DNA of 64,000 bases from Octopus sinensis. Its lineage: Eukaryota. Of the stretch, positions 63,351 through 64,000 are shown piece by piece. Made by a program: the position numbers and the translations under genes. The stretch is from NCBI RefSeq assembly GCF_006345805.1, contig NC_043002.1, positions 9,176,001-9,240,000 on the forward strand, read 5' to 3'. The notes beneath the pieces are model-generated. The model made no database searches. It saw nothing but the letters and a program-made list of their open reading frames with translations, and was not told the origin of the DNA. Position 1 is the first letter of the stretch. Each line of letters begins with the position of its first letter.

Positions 63351-63481
63351 GCAAATCAACCACAATACATTTGAAAGTCACATCCCGGATTACAATGCCT
63401 CCCGCAGTTGCTGATCATGATGTGCCTATTTTGGTCAAAGACTCTGGTTCAATTTCTGAATGGGATCTTACTACAAAACAG
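63351..63481 (+). CDS. NPRL2: NPRL2 coding exon 5 (131 nt); gene continues beyond window
   Basis: Acceptor atcattctag|, (S)KSTTIHLKVTSRITMPPAVADHDVPILVKDSGSISEWDLTTKQ, donor CAG|gtgagg. Contains TIHLKV, DVP and WDLTTxQ motifs. Confidence 0.96.
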
Positions 63482-64000
63482 GTGAGGTTGCGCCAGTAAT
63501 CTGTTTAACCCTTTAGCGTTCAGATTATTTTTTCAGATAAACATCAATGGAATTTGTAGTTTGGTGGTACCAGTGCCGGTGGCACATAAGAAAACCATCC
63601 GAACGTGGCCGTAGCCAGTACCGCATCGACTAGCCTCCGTGCTGGTGGCACATAACAAACACCATCCGATAGTGGCCGTGCCAGCCTCACCTGGCCTCCG
63701 TGCCGGTGGCACGTAAAAAACACCATCCAAGCATGGCCGTTCGCCAGCCTCGTCTGGCACCTGTGTCCGTGGCACATAAAAAGCACCCACTACACTCACA
63801 GAGTGGTTGGTGTTAGGAAGGGCATCCAGCTGTAGAAACACTGCCAGATCTGACTGGCCTGGTGCAGCCTCCATGGCTTCCAGACCCCAGTTGAACCGTC
63901 CAACCCATGCTAGCATGGAAAGCGGACGTTAAACGATGATGATGATGATGAATATTCATTTATTTACACCATTTTCAATTAATCCTGCATTATTTTGTAG

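Overview
This is AT-rich, microsatellite- and retroposon-dense eukaryotic DNA. The SINE and RTE repeat families look like those of Octopus (coleoid cephalopod); this is recognition from memory, not a search. There is one confidently identifiable gene: the first five coding exons of NPRL2 (GATOR1 subunit) on the + strand (51930-63481, continuing past the window end). A second, unidentified multi-exon gene can be assembled on the - strand from phase-compatible exons between about 17.1 (or 20.1) kb and 5.9 kb. The rest is mostly mobile DNA: several RTE LINE families and non-autonomous derivatives, three tRNA-derived SINE families, Helitrons, TIR MITEs (piggyBac-like and GGATC-ended), Penelope-like remnants, R4-like and CR1/L2-like fragments, and a decayed 28S rRNA fragment. 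The most notable structures are minimal hammerhead-ribozyme motifs in Penelope-like remnants, an RTE 3' region carrying a VNTR that has amplified into a roughly 335-bp tandem array, several long fold-back palindromes, and a switch in repeat orientation at the NPRL2 promoter. Nearly all ORFs in the supplied track are repeat or microsatellite artefacts. No CRISPR array or prokaryotic system is present.
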